In this document: positions 10,173-20,411 of the stretch, in pieces
Numbering within the stretch: position 1 is the first letter of the stretch
How the letters are laid out: the number at the start of each line of letters is the position of its first letter
NCBI GenBank assembly: GCA_963822445.1
Contig: CAWGHO010000003.1
Coordinates: forward strand, 96,001 to 160,000
Source of the DNA: an uncultured Acidobacteriota bacterium
GTDB lineage: Bacteria > Acidobacteriota > Thermoanaerobaculia > Gp7-AA8
DNA: 64,000 bases
Reading direction: 5' to 3'
The notes under the pieces: generated by a model
What the model saw: the letters and a program-made list of their open reading frames with translations, nothing else
What the model was told of the DNA's origin: nothing
Database searches by the model: none
Made by a program: the position numbers and the translations under genes

Positions 10173-13100
10173 CTAATTGCACGAGACGGGATTGTTGGTT
10201 TCAGTGCCGATGATGTTGCAGATCTTGACCACGCCGGGCTCGCTGGCCAGCGTGTACTTCAGACACATCGAGGTGATGGGATTGTCCGTCGACACGACGC
10301 CGCAGCGGTCGCCGCGCCATTGGAACGTGATGGCGATCGGGTAAGCGGCATTGGTTCCGGAATTCAGCGCGAGAGTCTGCGCCGGGGAACTGGGCAGATC
10401 GATCGTGTGCGTCGTGCCGGCCAGACGAGTCGTAGTGTCTGCAATGGTTCCGCCGAATCTCACGGAGGTGACCTGGAAGCCATGGGCCGGACTGCCGGTC
10501 GAACAGGTGCTGGAGTTCTCGAACTGGAAGATCAGTCCGGTCAGGGTCATGTCCTCGAGACTCGACAGGTTCTTGATGTTCAGCGTGACCGTCTGGGTGA
10601 CGTCCTGCGGAGCCGGTGGCGTCTCGGCGCCCCAGGTCTCTGTCTCGATGGTCGGGTAGCAATCTGCCGGCGTCTGGTCCTTGACGTATTTCGTAATGGT
10701 CGGTGACTGGATGCAGCCCTGATCGTCCTTGACCGTCACTGCAACCGTGTAAACCGCGGTCGGGTCGTCGGTCTGATCGATCCAGGCGATCCGCCACGGC
10801 GCGGCGGTGAGGGTCGGGGACATGGCGGTGATGACTGCTCCGGCCGGGTCGGTCACCGTGAACTTGACCTCTCTGATCACTCGCGTGGCGTGGGACACCG
10901 TGATCAGGTCGCCGCCGGCGAGGACCCACTCGTTTCCGGGGTCACCGCTGCCGGTCAGCGCTCCCGTTGCCAGTACCTGCGTGTTGTCGAAGTAGCAGGT
11001 CGGGTACTGCACCTCGTCGGAGGCCTCGCCGGGTTGCGTGCAGTTCATGGCCTCGACGGTGTAGTAATAGAGGTAGTCGACGCCCGAGCTGTTCGACTTC
11101 ACCGGCGGCTGAGGAGTGGTCGCCGGGAGTCCTTCCGCGTCCGTGAACGTCTCGCCGTTGGTGAGTGCGCCGCTCATCAGATAGCCATCGGGCTGCGCGG
11201 CGTCGATCGGCCACGCTTCGCGGGTGCCGGTTACGCCGGCCTTCCGCCAGCGTTTGATGCGGTACTTGTCGACGGCAATCAGGCTCGTGTCCAGCGCGGC
11301 GGTCACCGCGGTCCAGTCCAGGTTGATCGAACATTTCCCGTTGCCGGGATTACACGAGCTGTTGGCCATGTCCACCGATAGTCCCGTGACCTTGTTCGGA
11401 ACTGCCGGCGCAGAGGGGCTGATCATGTACGGTCCGAAAGCGGCGGTGCCGACCGGCTGGACATAGCCGGGGTTCGTGGCGATGGCGATGTTGTTGCCTT
11501 CGTTCCACGTCGCGTTGGCGACGCAGGCGTCGCTGGTCTGGATTCTGTAGTAATAGTTGACACAGGCCGCAGGACCTTTCGTTCCGACGGGCTTGTTGGC
11601 GGCGTTGTCGATGATGGTGACCATCGCGCCCTGGTTACTCAGACCATCGACCACTTTTTCACCACTGGTCGCCGGATTGAAGTTCGGATCGGTGCTGCGC
11701 CAGACCGTGTAGAGAATCCGCTCGCCGGCCGGAATGGCCGTTCCATTCGTCGAGCCCGCACCCGTGCAGAGCAGATCGTCGAATGCGGTGGTGTTCGCAG
11801 TGGGACGCGGGAAGGAGAGCTGAATGCCCGTCTCTCCCGAAGCTCCAGTGACCCGAGCTGCTTCAGGCAGTCCCGGCTGGGTATTGTTGCGAACGGTCCT
11901 GGAAACGGGCGTGGACCATGACTGGCCTTCGGTGTTGAGCGCCTTCACTTTGAAGAAGTAGGTCTGTCCCGAAACGAGCCCGCCGCTGACGTCGACCTCG
12001 AGGTTGAGTGACGCGTCGACGCAACCGGAGTAAGTGCCGGTGAGATTCGTGTCGTAGCAGATCGAATACTTGTCGACGGCCCCGCCTGTGGTGGGAGCGG
12101 ACCAGGTAACGTGCGCCATGCCGCAATGACCGGTGCATACCGAGGTAATGGCGGCTGAGCCGGGAGGGCCGAGGTGAGGATCGGCGGATCCGGCATGGCC
12201 GAAGTTGCGGGGGACGACGAGCGTCTGCAGCGTGTACGTCCGGTTTCGGGTGCCTGCCTTGGTGCCCTCGTAGTATTTGTTCTGGGTCGTGCCGGTCAGT
12301 TCCACGAGGATCGAGCGGATGTCGCTGCGCATGCCCCGATCGACGAAATTGTCGGTCGTGCCGATATTGTCCGGATCGTATTGGCCGAGGCCGCCTACGG
12401 CACCGCGGCTCGTGCGCGTCGCCGTGACGCCGGTTTCAGTCACCGTGGCGAGGGTGGTCTGATTGGCGGTCGTGTAATACGTGAAGTACAGCGAATGAAT
12501 GTTGTCCGCGATTGGAACCGGCGTGCCGGGCGTGCCGTCGCGCTGGAGTGCGATGCGATAAAGAGTGTAGGGGGGATCGGAGCAGCCGTTCAGATCGTCG
12601 CAGAGGTCATAACCGGTGCCGGCGGCCGTGCCGCCGATGGTGACCAGACTCTCTTCCGTACCACCCGGATACGCGGCGCGAGGCCTGGCGACGTCGGCGT
12701 AGAACTTGATCTGTTGCACGTTGACGGCGTTGTTCGCCGACTTGAGCGCAAACGTCACGATCTCTTCATTGGCGGTGGTGACAGTGTCGAACTTGTTGGC
12801 AACCGTGGGGACGTAATCAGGCTCCAGTCCGTGGCTGTTGGCCACGTCGGTGAAATAATCGAGGTTGCCGCGAATGGTGATCGCGGACACGCCGGCGAAT
12901 TCGATCTGTTCGTCGGGCTGCTGTTCGCCGTCGGACGGCGAGCCGTCGCGGTCATAATCGAACCCGGCCATGCGCACTTCGCTGAGCAGCTTCTCGAAGG
13001 CAACGCGCGTGGACTGCTGCAGGTCGGAACTTGCAACGCCCTGGGTGAACATGCGGTTGCTGCGGTCGTACGCGACCAGCGCAGCGATCAGGATGATTGC

Positions 13101-13208
13101 GAAAATCGCCGACGCGAACAAAACCTCGGCGAGGCTCATGCCGGCCTGACGCCGGATCGCGGCGGCATTACGCGGTTGAAAATCGATGCGCATGGTCGTG
13201 GTCTCCAT
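10173..13208 (-). CDS. Giant PilW-like minor pilin (1011 aa) with fibronectin type III-like domains
   Basis: RQAG|MSLAEVL prepilin motif, EVRMAGF PilW motif, FnIII patterns (VTWSAP...YFFKVKALN; LDW...YYYTVEAMN), 20 Cys. Confidence 0.8.
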   Translation of the reverse strand: METTTMRIDFQPRNAAAIRRQAGMSLAEVLFASAIFAIILIAALVAYDRSNRMFTQGVASSDLQQSTRVAFEKLLSEVRMAGFDYDRDGSPSDGEQQPDEQIEFAGVSAITIRGNLDYFTDVANSHGLEPDYVPTVANKFDTVTTANEEIVTFALKSANNAVNVQQIKFYADVARPRAAYPGGTEESLVTIGGTAAGTGYDLCDDLNGCSDPPYTLYRIALQRDGTPGTPVPIADNIHSLYFTYYTTANQTTLATVTETGVTATRTSRGAVGGLGQYDPDNIGTTDNFVDRGMRSDIRSILVELTGTTQNKYYEGTKAGTRNRTYTLQTLVVPRNFGHAGSADPHLGPPGSAAITSVCTGHCGMAHVTWSAPTTGGAVDKYSICYDTNLTGTYSGCVDASLNLEVDVSGGLVSGQTYFFKVKALNTEGQSWSTPVSRTVRNNTQPGLPEAARVTGASGETGIQLSFPRPTANTTAFDDLLCTGAGSTNGTAIPAGERILYTVWRSTDPNFNPATSGEKVVDGLSNQGAMVTIIDNAANKPVGTKGPAACVNYYYRIQTSDACVANATWNEGNNIAIATNPGYVQPVGTAAFGPYMISPSAPAVPNKVTGLSVDMANSSCNPGNGKCSINLDWTAVTAALDTSLIAVDKYRIKRWRKAGVTGTREAWPIDAAQPDGYLMSGALTNGETFTDAEGLPATTPQPPVKSNSSGVDYLYYYTVEAMNCTQPGEASDEVQYPTCYFDNTQVLATGALTGSGDPGNEWVLAGGDLITVSHATRVIREVKFTVTDPAGAVITAMSPTLTAAPWRIAWIDQTDDPTAVYTVAVTVKDDQGCIQSPTITKYVKDQTPADCYPTIETETWGAETPPAPQDVTQTVTLNIKNLSSLEDMTLTGLIFQFENSSTCSTGSPAHGFQVTSVRFGGTIADTTTRLAGTTHTIDLPSSPAQTLALNSGTNAAYPIAITFQWRGDRCGVVSTDNPITSMCLKYTLASEPGVVKICNIIGTETNNPVSCN

Positions 13209-13228
13209 TTGAAAACATCAGCGCCGCA

Positions 13229-13741
13229 TCAGCGGCGGGGCTTGGCGACGGTCAGGCTCACATTGCGCGCGCGGAGCTCTTCGCTCCAGCGGACGGTCAC
13301 CGTGAGCCGCAGGAAATTGGCGGTCGTGAATTCGCTGTTGGCCGTGAGATTGCCGACAGGCACCACGCGTAGAGTGACGCTTCCCTTGGACATCTGGCTC
13401 GTGGCAACGTACGAATCCCAGTTGTTGGCTACGGCGGGGGCGCCGGCATCGGTGTTCTTGATGTCGATGCAGCCACAGGCGTCGACGAAATCAGCGTCGA
13501 CGATCTCGAAATTTTCGAGCAGCTCGTCGCCGGTCATGTAAGAGAGATCTTCCAGGACGCGGACCGCCACGGCATTGGCGCGCGACATCTGCTGGCCGCT
13601 GTAGATGTTCCGCCGGCCCATGAAAAAGAGGGTCATGATCGCCAGCATGACCAGGCCCAGCATGGCCGTGGCGATGATGACCTCGATGAGGCTGTAGCCC
13701 CGTTCGTGCTTCGGTTGACGTGCCATTGTGATGTCGCTCAA
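13229..13741 (-). CDS. PilV-like minor pilin
   Basis: HERG|YSLIEVIIA prepilin motif; C-terminal LTVTVRW. Confidence 0.85.
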   Translation of the reverse strand: MSDITMARQPKHERGYSLIEVIIATAMLGLVMLAIMTLFFMGRRNIYSGQQMSRANAVAVRVLEDLSYMTGDELLENFEIVDADFVDACGCIDIKNTDAGAPAVANNWDSYVATSQMSKGSVTLRVVPVGNLTANSEFTTANFLRLTVTVRWSEELRARNVSLTVAKPRR

Positions 13742-13749
13742 TTGCAGCC

Positions 13750-14304
13750 TCAGTAAGTCGACGTTTTGAAGTTTCCGGCGGGCCGGACCTCGATCTTGAA
13801 ACGAGGTTTCGGCATCGTGTGACGCGTTTTGAGGATGATGTTCTCTTCCGCGTCGGTGAGTGAGTACGCACTGCCGTCGGGCATGTACACGAGGTCGGGG
13901 AGTGCGTCAGCGTCGTCGGGAACCCGCGTGCTGACAGGCATCGCCGCGATGTCGACGAACGTGTGCGATTCGAACGTGATCCCGTCGGGTAGCTGCGTCA
14001 GGCGGTGCGTCTGGCCCCTCTCCCGGGAGTTCACCCAGACGTTGGCGGCAGTCAGCTCCGCCATGCTGTAGTTCCTCGAGCCGGCGCTGAAGCTGATCTT
14101 GGTGGGCCGTTGATTCTTGATGGCCTGCATCCGGATCCAGCGCGCGTCCGACGCGAACGTCCGCGCACCCGTGCGCAACTCGTTCGACCGGTACATCTGG
14201 AGGAAGTTCGGAATGGCCGCCAGCGTGAAGAGGCCGACGATGGCCACGACCACGATCATTTCGGCGGCCGTGTAGCCGAGCTGAGACTTTCCGCGGTGTT
14301 TCAT
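13750..14304 (-). CDS. FimT/FimU/GspH-like minor pilin
   Basis: Start reassigned to ATG 14304; SQLG|YTAAEMIVVVAIVG...AIP, ARWIRMQAI. Confidence 0.8.
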   Translation of the reverse strand: MKHRGKSQLGYTAAEMIVVVAIVGLFTLAAIPNFLQMYRSNELRTGARTFASDARWIRMQAIKNQRPTKISFSAGSRNYSMAELTAANVWVNSRERGQTHRLTQLPDGITFESHTFVDIAAMPVSTRVPDDADALPDLVYMPDGSAYSLTDAEENIILKTRHTMPKPRFKIEVRPAGNFKTSTY

Positions 14305-14319
14305 TGGACGGCCCCTTTC

Positions 14320-14335
14320 TGCAGTCGAGGTGCCA
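14320..14335 (-). promoter_or_regulatory. Putative sigma54 -24/-12 promoter for the minor pilin operon
   Basis: TGGCAC-CTCGA-CTGCA on the minus strand (GG-N10-GC); the predicted leader before ATG 14304 is very short. Confidence 0.45.
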
Positions 14336-14435
14336 TGACTCTGGAATGTCGAGAAACGTCGATTGCGCAGCAGGTTAGCGCGATTCTGAGCCGGATCCAA
14401 ACAGCGACGCCTTCGTCGAAGTGATACAAAAAGTA

Positions 14436-16112
14436 TCAGTCGGTGTTCGGCGGCAGCTCGATCGTGACGGCCGCTCCCTCGCCCTGGCGTCCTCGCAAAG
14501 CGATCGAGCCGCCGTGGACGAGCACGATCTTGCGGGCGATGGCCAGCCCCAGGCCCATCCCCGATGGCTTGTCGGATTGAAAGGGAAGGAGCAGACGCGG
14601 GGCATCGCTCTCGTCGAGACCGATGCCGTTGTCTTCGACGGTCAGCGACGGATTCGGCTGATCGACCGACCGGATGGTGATCGAGCCCGCGTCCCCTTTC
14701 GCGCGGACCGCGTCGACGGCGTTGCGGATGATGTTCTCGACGACGCGCGTCAGCAGGACGGCGTCGCCGTTCACGAGCGCCGGACCACCTTCGAAACGGA
14801 ACTCGATCCCGGATTGGCCGTCATCGAGTCTGCGCACTACGTCGCGCGCCACGTCGGCCAGATCGAGGGGCTGCAGGGCGAGCTTGATCGGTCGCGCAAA
14901 GGCCAGCAACGCGTCCACGGCCTGCGACAGCACGCTCGCTTCCTCTTCCGCGCGGCGGATGCGCTCTTCGGCCTCACCGGTGCTGCCCCGCCGGATCAAC
15001 GCGAGGTAGCCGCGGATGGTCGAGAGGGAATTGCGGAACTCGTGTGCGATTCCCGCGGACATCTCGCCGATGTCGGCCAGTGTCTGGAGCTCACGCAGCC
15101 GCGATTCGAGGCGGCGCACGTCGGTGAGATCGGCGAAGAGCCCGAGCATGCCCAGATACTCATCGGCCTCGCCGAACAGATGCACCGTGGTCAGCCCGAC
15201 GACGCGTCGCGACCCGTCGAGCATTACCTCTTCACGAGCGCGAGACCCGCGAGTCTCGAAATCCCGCGACACCGCCTCGGCAAACGCGCCGGGGCCGAAG
15301 ACGTCGCGGACGCGCATGCCGGCCACGCGCTTGTCGCCGATCTCGAGGATGTCCCGTCCCGCGCTGTTCACCTCGACGACGTCGCCGTTGCGGTCGAGCA
15401 CGAGCAGCCCCGAGCTGAGGCTGCGGGTGAGCGTTCCCGTCACGACTTCCAGTTCGTCCGCGCGGCGCTTCTGGGCGTCGTGCAGGACGCGCAACTGTTC
15501 TTCCTGCTCGCGGAGACGGGCAATCGAAGAGCGGAAGGTCTCCACGACGAACTGGCTCTCTTCCAGCTGCCCGCGATCGCCTAGTGCGCGCGCGTCGTCG
15601 AGCATCTGCTCGATGGGCCTGGTGATGCGGGGGAGATACAGCAGCAGCAGCAGCACGCCGGCCAGCGCCGCGATCGAGCTCAGGGCCGCCGTCCACATGA
15701 AGCGCCGCTGCATGGCTGCGATCGGAGTCGAATCGAACCGGAAGTGCAGAGTGCCGCCGGGAACGACCCGGCGCAGCTCGTCGAGACCGGGACCGTCCGG
15801 GCCAGAGGTGACGGAGTCGCGGCCGCTCCGGAACTCGATGACGTCGATGCGGTACTTCACCCGCAGCGCGCCGAAGAGGGCGGACATGGCTTCGCGCGGC
15901 GGCGCTTCCCGCACGAAGGATTCCGTCGCCGCGGCCGTGGCGGCCATGCGCGCGTCCCAGATCGTCTGGATGGAATCGTCGACCGTCCGCTTGAGCAGCA
16001 GGATCAGCGCGAAGATCAGCGCGACGAGAAAACCGACCAGCAGGGCGAGAAACAGCCGCACGTCGCGGCGGAACCCGACCTTCGTCAGCCCAGAAGAAGC
16101 GCCAGATACCAT
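14436..16112 (-). CDS. Membrane PAS sensor histidine kinase (PilS/NtrB-like)
   Basis: Two TM helices, PAS, AHEFRNSL H-box, NIIRNA, DNGIG, GMGLGL. The track ORF 14436..17141 is fused to the pilD N-terminus by a frameshift. Confidence 0.85.
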   Translation of the reverse strand: MVSGASSGLTKVGFRRDVRLFLALLVGFLVALIFALILLLKRTVDDSIQTIWDARMAATAAATESFVREAPPREAMSALFGALRVKYRIDVIEFRSGRDSVTSGPDGPGLDELRRVVPGGTLHFRFDSTPIAAMQRRFMWTAALSSIAALAGVLLLLLYLPRITRPIEQMLDDARALGDRGQLEESQFVVETFRSSIARLREQEEQLRVLHDAQKRRADELEVVTGTLTRSLSSGLLVLDRNGDVVEVNSAGRDILEIGDKRVAGMRVRDVFGPGAFAEAVSRDFETRGSRAREEVMLDGSRRVVGLTTVHLFGEADEYLGMLGLFADLTDVRRLESRLRELQTLADIGEMSAGIAHEFRNSLSTIRGYLALIRRGSTGEAEERIRRAEEEASVLSQAVDALLAFARPIKLALQPLDLADVARDVVRRLDDGQSGIEFRFEGGPALVNGDAVLLTRVVENIIRNAVDAVRAKGDAGSITIRSVDQPNPSLTVEDNGIGLDESDAPRLLLPFQSDKPSGMGLGLAIARKIVLVHGGSIALRGRQGEGAAVTIELPPNTD

Positions 16113-16886
16113 CGCCAGAGTGTAGGTCCGAAGAAGAGAACGATCAGAAATGCGAGCCCGAGGAAGACGCCGAAGGGAACGGCGACTTTCATCCCCTGAT
16201 CGCTCCTGAGCGCCAGCACGAGGCCGGTGATGGCACCCGTCACCGACGCGATGACCAGAAGCGGAAAGAGCGGCTCCCATCCCACCACCGCGCCGAGCAT
16301 GGCCATCATCTTCACGTCGCCGAGGCCCATGCCTTCGATCTTGCGCACGAGCTTGTAGCTGAGGCCGATGGCGAGGAGAACGCCGGCGCCGATGACCGCT
16401 CCGATGACGGAATCGAGGAGCGTCGCGGAGAGGAGCAGCTCCGGATAGAGCGCGCCGAGGTTCAACCAGCCGACGAGAAGGCCGATGGCGATGCCGGGGA
16501 TGTCGATGACGTCGGGGAGGATCTGGATCTCGAGGTCGATGTAGATCAGCACGATGGCCATCGACACGAGGGCCGCGACGGCGAGGAATCCGGCGCTGAG
16601 GCCCGTGCGCTGGATAAACCGCGAGCCAGAACAGCGCGTTCGCCAGCTCGACCAGCGGATAGCGCGGGCTGATGGGGACGCGGCAGGCCCGGCAGCGGCC
16701 GAGGAGCCATAGATAAGAGAGGATGGGGACGTTGTCGTACGGCTTGATCTGCGTGCGGCAGTTCGGGCAACTGCTCGGCGGAAAGACGATCGATTCCTCG
16801 CGCGGATAGCGATGGATGACGACGTTGAGAAAACTGCCGACGATCCCGCCGAACCCGAATGCCGCCAGCGGCAGGACCCACGTCAT
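16085..16886 (-). CDS. pilD: Prepilin peptidase (A24 family); +1 frameshift near 16612
   Basis: GSFLNVVIHRYP, CPNC/CRAC, ISPRYPLVE in one frame; IDLE and GMGLGDVKM in ORF 16085..16567; removing one C in tatccagc restores continuity. Confidence 0.9.
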
Positions 16887-16947
16887 CGCCGGGATTGTAA
16901 GTTCAACGCCCGCGGTTATGCTGCGGCGCTCCTGCTCACGCGAACGG

Positions 16948-17045
16948 GGAGGCGAATGGGGTCTGGTGGCTCCCGCGGTCTTCAAAACCGTTGTTTCGGC
17001 GCGGAAGCGTCGAAAGGTTGGTTCGATTCCGACACGCCTCCGCCA
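16948..17045 (+). tRNA. selC: tRNA-Sec (anticodon UCA)
   Basis: GGAGGCG/CGCCTCC acceptor with G discriminator and CCA; 6-bp D-stem with TGGT loop; anticodon loop CTTCAAA; 9-bp variable arm TTTCGGCGC-GGAA-GCGTCGAAA; T-loop TTCGATT; 98 nt. Confidence 0.95.
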
Positions 17046-17097
17046 TCCGACGGGCTTCGCCCGCGGGTGGCGGATGGGATGCCGTGGGCTCTGTTTG

Positions 17098-17508
17098 TTA
17101 CGCGCTCGGTCGATGAAGTTTGATCGGCAGGACCCGCGCAAAATGTTCGAAGTCGCCGTCGGTCGTGAAGATGGGGAAGTCCAGGCGTGCGGCGATCGCG
17201 CAGATCAGGAAGTCGGTGTTCGAGCCTTGGATTCCGTTCGCACGGCACTCGTTGAAAAACGACGCGGCTTCCTCGTAATCCGGCCGGGTGATCTCCGTGT
17301 CGGGAAATGCATGGAGATGGTCACGGAGACGATCGAACTGCACGCGTTCCCTGACACCTGATAGCAGTTCCTGACGAATCGAGCCAATCAGAGCAACGCG
17401 GCTGTCCGCGACGAGCGAGGCGAGCTCGCCCACGATGCGCGACCCTGCCGACCCTGCCTTCCGGCGCAACGCCAGAGACCAGATCGATGTGTCGACCAGA
17501 ACCTTCAC
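17098..17508 (-). CDS. vapC: VapC PIN-domain toxin
   Basis: VLVDTSIW, ELLSG, DFLICA, TTDGDF. Confidence 0.9.
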   Translation of the reverse strand: MKVLVDTSIWSLALRRKAGSAGSRIVGELASLVADSRVALIGSIRQELLSGVRERVQFDRLRDHLHAFPDTEITRPDYEEAASFFNECRANGIQGSNTDFLICAIAARLDFPIFTTDGDFEHFARVLPIKLHRPSA

Positions 17509-17705
17509 GATCTGCGGCGCTGCTTCTTGTAATCGTATTTCGGGTCGAATTCGACCGTTCCGAACAGTTCCATGATCCGGGCCTGTTTACGGCGCTGGAT
17601 GTACTCCTCGAGAGCGTCGGTAACAGCCGCTTTCTTCGTCCGCTGGCCGCCGACCCGGCGCGCTTCTTCGATTAATTCGTCGTCTATCGCGAGATTTGTC
17701 GGCAT
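17505..17705 (-). CDS. vapB: VapB antitoxin (RHH type)
   Basis: MPTNLAIDDELIEEA...TKKAAVTDALEEYI; 4-nt overlap with vapC; GGAGG RBS. Confidence 0.88.
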   Translation of the reverse strand: MPTNLAIDDELIEEARRVGGQRTKKAAVTDALEEYIQRRKQARIMELFGTVEFDPKYDYKKQRRRS

Positions 17706-17770
17706 GTGCAACCTCCACACAGTGTCGTGTGTAGGTGAAAGTGTAGCATGGGGAGTGGCGCCCCTCGCTG

Positions 17771-17855
17771 GAGCTGCCGACCTCACGGTCGCAGCTCAGC
17801 GGCGACGCCCGGCGTCGCCCGCTGCCGCGGCGACAGACGCCGCGGCGCCGTGAGG
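17771..17855. repeat. GC-rich multi-hairpin REP-like element
   Basis: CCTCACGG...CCGTGAGG enclosing GGCGACGCC/GGCGTCGCC and CCGCGGCG/CGCCGCGG hairpins. Confidence 0.5.
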
Positions 17856-17870
17856 CGTCCGCGCGCGTCC

Positions 17871-18290
<420 letters not shown>

Positions 18291-18292
18291 TG

Positions 18293-18739
18293 CTACATCC
18301 TCCCCTGAGCCATCTCGGCACCGGCCTGCTTCGTCTCGGTGAGGATGGCCACGCGGGTGAACTCGGCGTCGTTCGCGGCCTTCATGACCATGCGGATCTT
18401 GCCGAAGTTGATGCGCTTGTCGGCCTTCAGCATCACCGCGCGCGACGGATCCTTCTGATACTCAGCCTGCAGGTAGGTGGGCAGGTTCTTGTCCGGAATC
18501 CACTTGTCCGCCACGAACACCGAACCGTCCTGCTTCACGGAGATGATCAGGTCCCCTTCCTTGCCCGGACGCTTCTCAGCGTGCGGGCCGGTCGGGAGCA
18601 GCACGTCGACGCCCTGCTGGAGCATCGGCGTCACGACCATGAAGATGATGAGCAGCACAAGGCAGACGTCGACGAGGGGGGTGACGTTGATGTCGCCCTT
18701 GACTTCGTCGGGACTGCCGCCGCCGGCACCGAATGCCAT
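18293..18739 (-). CDS. exbD: ExbD/TolR family protein
   Basis: DINVTPLVDVCLVLLIIFMV, LKADK. Confidence 0.9.
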   Translation of the reverse strand: MAFGAGGGSPDEVKGDINVTPLVDVCLVLLIIFMVVTPMLQQGVDVLLPTGPHAEKRPGKEGDLIISVKQDGSVFVADKWIPDKNLPTYLQAEYQKDPSRAVMLKADKRINFGKIRMVMKAANDAEFTRVAILTETKQAGAEMAQGRM

Positions 18740-18748
18740 CTGTCTCTC

Positions 18749-19459
18749 CTACGACACGCGCGACTTCGCGCGCGCCTCGTTCTTGATGAAGTAGTCGATG
18801 AGCTGCGACGACGAGTTCGACATCTCCACCTGGAACCGTTCGATCTTGTTGAGGAAGTAGTTGTACATCCACACCGCGGGGACGGCCACGAACAGGCCGA
18901 ATGCCGTCGTTGCCAGCGCTTCGGCGATACCGGCCGAGACCGCGCCGAGGCCGCCCGAGCCGGAGATGGCCATGCCACGGAAGGCGTTGATGATGCCGAT
19001 GACCGTGCCGAACAGGCCGACGAAAGGCGCGGTGGTGGAGATTGTGGCCAGATTGCCGAGGCCTTTCTTCATCTCCGCGGTGGTCATCAGCGTCTCGCGC
19101 TCGATGGCCCGGCGGCCCGATTCGACGATGTCGAAGTCTTCGGGCAGCTCCTGCGACGATTCGTAGTGGAACTCGGTCAGTCCCGCGGTGAGCACGCGCG
19201 CGAGATGACTGTGCCTGAACTTCTTGTCCTTCGCGAAGTTGATGGCCTGCTCGAGCTTGTGATCGCGCAGGAGAGGCGTCACTCCCTTGGCCACCGCGAG
19301 CGATTCCTTCTTGGCCTTCTGGAACCGCCAAATGCGCTCGAATGCGATGGTCAGCGACCAGATCGACATCAGCGCCAGGATGATGACCACGGTCTTACCG
19401 ATCCAGGTCATCGCCTCCCACATGCCCATGAGACTGAAACTGGCTTCCATGCCTTCCAT
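18749..19459 (-). CDS. exbB: MotA/TolQ/ExbB proton channel protein
   Basis: APFVGLFGTVIGI, GIAEALATTAFGL. Confidence 0.92.
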   Translation of the reverse strand: MEGMEASFSLMGMWEAMTWIGKTVVIILALMSIWSLTIAFERIWRFQKAKKESLAVAKGVTPLLRDHKLEQAINFAKDKKFRHSHLARVLTAGLTEFHYESSQELPEDFDIVESGRRAIERETLMTTAEMKKGLGNLATISTTAPFVGLFGTVIGIINAFRGMAISGSGGLGAVSAGIAEALATTAFGLFVAVPAVWMYNYFLNKIERFQVEMSNSSSQLIDYFIKNEARAKSRVS

Positions 19460-19479
19460 GAATTACTTCTCCTCTCGCG

Positions 19480-20262
19480 CTAGCTTTCCAGGCGGAAATT
19501 GATGGTCAGGTTGTAGTACACCGGCACGGGATTGCCGTTCATCGTGCCCGGTTTGAATTTCCAGCGTTTGATCGCCGAAAGCGCCTCGGCTTCGAGGCCC
19601 ATCGGCAGCCCCTTCAGGATTCGCGCCTCGGTCACATTGCCCTGGCGGTCGATGACCGCTTCGACGATGACGATGCCCTGGATGCGGGCCTTGCGCGCGA
19701 TCTCGGTGTAGCGGGGATCGATGCGCTCGATGATCACCGGCGGTTTCACGTTCCCGCCCACGCGCACCGGCGAGTCACCGGTTCCGCCGATCTGGCCGCC
19801 GAGCTGTCCGCCCAGCGTACCGCCGAGCGTTCCACCGACGACGCCGCCCACGACGCCGCCGACCACGCCGCCTTTGACACCGCCGACCACACCGCCCTCG
19901 ACACCGGCGCCTTCATCCTCGGACGAGACCTCGGCGACCTCGGGCAGGTTCTTCGGCACTTCGCTCGGTTGCCGGAACTCGGGCTGCTTGACCTGCTCGA
20001 CCGGCGTCTGCACCTGTTTGGGACGCGTCGCGCCGGAACTGGATGCGGGCGGTGGCGGAGGAGGCGGCGGTGGCGGAGCCGAGGTCACGATGAAAGCGCT
20101 GATCGGCTTTTCGATGATCTCGGGGTTCTCTTTGACGTAGATCCCCGCCGCGATGATCGCGCCGACCACGCCAACGTGTAAGACCAGCGAGATCAGTGCT
20201 GTGATCCAGCCGCCTTTTTGTTTGTCTTTTCCAGCGGACTCGATGAGTACGTCATCGAACAT
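19480..20262 (-). CDS. tonB: TonB family energy transducer
   Basis: TM anchor with SxxxH, Pro-rich linker, GGVVGG repeats, TonB_C (YTEIARKARIQG...WKFKP). Confidence 0.9.
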   Translation of the reverse strand: MFDDVLIESAGKDKQKGGWITALISLVLHVGVVGAIIAAGIYVKENPEIIEKPISAFIVTSAPPPPPPPPPPASSSGATRPKQVQTPVEQVKQPEFRQPSEVPKNLPEVAEVSSEDEGAGVEGGVVGGVKGGVVGGVVGGVVGGTLGGTLGGQLGGQIGGTGDSPVRVGGNVKPPVIIERIDPRYTEIARKARIQGIVIVEAVIDRQGNVTEARILKGLPMGLEAEALSAIKRWKFKPGTMNGNPVPVYYNLTINFRLES

Positions 20263-20411
20263 CGTCGTCCCCCTGCGGAGCGTTCAACGGACTCTGCTGA
20301 TGTAGTGCCAAGGTGGTCATGGATCGTTGGAACCGGGGTGGGAAGCACGGGAAACCGCGTTTGCACGAACGTCACCGAGGCGCGCGATACGATGCTTTCA
20401 CGGAGGAGCCG

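Noticed and set aside
14436-17141. 901-aa ORF that looks like a prepilin peptidase-histidine kinase fusion
   Set aside because: Artefact of a +1 frameshift near 16612. Correcting it gives a normal PilD and a separate kinase, and the ORF's 5' part is antisense to tRNA-Sec.
19790-19900. GGVVGG-type tandem repeats
   Set aside because: Ordinary low-complexity linker of TonB proteins.
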